A stretch of DNA of 63,691 nucleotides, the filler included, from Reticulomyxa filosa (taxonomy: Eukaryota; Protista; Foraminifera), in assembly GCA_000512085.1 (NCBI GenBank). It is 17 parts of 17 records of this genome, joined end to end, with 100 filler letters (N's around TTAATTAATTAA, not from the genome) between each part and the next. Parts side by side here need not be neighbours in the genome. Positions count along the whole stretch, not along the records: positions 61,476 to 62,490 come from ASPP01038102.1; positions 62,591 to 63,691 come from ASPP01041683.1; 15 more parts are not named here. The stretch is one strand, 5' to 3'. Below, piece after piece: positions 62,436 through 63,691 of this stretch. Numbering within the stretch: position 1 is the stretch's first letter; the number at the start of each line of letters is the position of its first letter. The notes under the pieces were generated by a model that saw nothing but the letters and a program-made list of their open reading frames with translations, made no database searches and was not told the DNA's origin. Both the position numbers and the translations under genes were made by a program.

Positions 62436-63691
62436 CAACAACACCGATCAAGGCAGCGGCCAAGTTCGTTATCGATACCAAGAGAAAGATNNNNNNNNNN
62501 NNNNNNNNNNNNNNNNNNNNNNNNNNNNNNNNNNTTAATTAATTAANNNNNNNNNNNNNNNNNNNNNNNNNNNNNNNNNNNNNNNNNNNNAAAAAAATCA
62601 TTGGCTCCGAACATGAGGACGTAGAACAATTGGCCGACTTGATTGAGCAAGACCCCAAGCAAGCCAGTACATCAAATGCAAACTCCACCCGTGAGGTGTA
62701 TTTTTCAGAACAAACATTTAAAAAATGATAGCAATGTCCACCAAAAATTTGATGACATTTTCAATCAAAACAATAATGCGTGCACTGTGAAAGTGTTTGA
62801 CAAAATGAGGCGCAGGTTTGTATTGAATGGATGCTTTGACCTCATAAAAATTGAAAACGCGCTGCTTGATCTATACGTCCTCAGCGGCATGGGTTTTTGG
62901 TAGCGATGTAGTGTTTGTGTCATTGATATTCAAGTGTTGAGTTTTGTCCTTCCTGATTGAGCTCATTACAACAGTTGTAGTAGCTTTCGAGACGTAGAGT
63001 TTTTTGCCACTTGGACCATCTTTTTTTAAAAAAAATTATATCACAATATGAAAACTACAATGTACTTATTAGTAGAAACTGCAGTCGTTTTGTAAGCGAT
63101 ATCCTTGCTATGTTGGGTCATGCAAACCATGCTCAAAGATTAGATTTTTGACAGTGAATCACAATCAACCCAAATTGAAAGTTTACGTACTAAGATTCAG
63201 CTCCAGCTGTCTTTAATTTTTTGCGCTTGAAAATTGTGTGGTAAAGCAATCACTGTTGTAGTTGATTTTTGCTCTATGTAATCAGCGACACACGTTTGAC
63301 AAAATAATTCCTTAAAAAAATGCGATTTATCGGTTCAACTGGTGAACTCTTTACATATTCATTCAACCATTTTGTCAAAGCAAATATAATGAAATCAGTT
63401 TTTGTTGTTCAGCTAACCAGAAATACCTTACTGAATAGTGTTTTTTATTTGATCATTTTTCAGACTTTTCTGTTATTTTCGACAAGACAAGAAAGAAAGG
63501 AATTAGTTTCAGCAATTAGGAAAAGAAATCTTTTTCATTCGATGAAATAAATTAATTTAAAAACTTAAAGTAAATGATAGATAATGAAACAAATAAGACA
63601 TTATATTGTTGTTCTTTGCTCGGGTATTGTTTGACCACTCACCGTTCAGTGATTGCCCAAGATAAGAGCAAGTAGAGCCATTCGCACGTAC

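Noticed and set aside
2800-62590. Recurring TTAATTAATTAA within N runs, superficially like a repeat array
   Set aside because: These are artificial contig linkers. ORFs ending in XXX/LIN and any synteny across them are artefacts.
62591-62990. Coding-like stretch at the start of the last contig
   Set aside because: No frame or splice model gave a recognisable product.
1-63691. CRISPR arrays, rRNA genes, operons or alternative genetic code
   Set aside because: None seen. Conserved genes translate cleanly with the standard code once introns are removed.

Overview
This is not a prokaryotic locus. It is a concatenation of 17 short contigs, each separated by an artificial 100-nt spacer (N44-TTAATTAATTAA-N44), so adjacency across spacers is meaningless. 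Most contigs come from an AT-rich, intron-containing protist. The expanded Kelch, WD40, RING/TRAF and NACHT families look like those of the foraminiferan Reticulomyxa filosa (inference from recall, not from a search). Recognisable intact or partial genes are a Ras/Rap GTPase, Pds5, a DnaJA-type Hsp40, an SPPL2-like aspartyl protease, a RhoGAP, a C2H2 zinc-finger protein, an EF-hand protein, OSCP1, a DysF-DysF-Vps62-PH protein, a secreted 2OG-Fe(II) oxygenase, thiamine pyrophosphokinase, a large 5-TM surface protein and a HUWE1-like HECT ligase. AT-richer stretches hold intact and decayed members of lineage-expanded families (Kelch, WD40, RING/TRAF, NACHT, ART-like), two copies of a Tc1/mariner-like end, an RNase H relic, an EFL/EF-1alpha relic and a tRNA-like element. 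One contig (24191-25430) is bacterial, with Rpn and IS5 remnants suggestive of a Rickettsiales-like source. Best leads: (1) a phase-0 exon encoding a ~30-aa 'box' shared by the WD40 N-terminus and the Kelch C-terminus, a possible undescribed adaptor of an immune-like or ubiquitin-ligase system; (2) the large multipass surface protein with Prm1/DC-STAMP-like topology; (3) the DysF/Vps62/PH fusion; (4) the Ras with substitutions at positions 12, 13 and 61. Exon boundaries were read by eye and are approximate unless stated.
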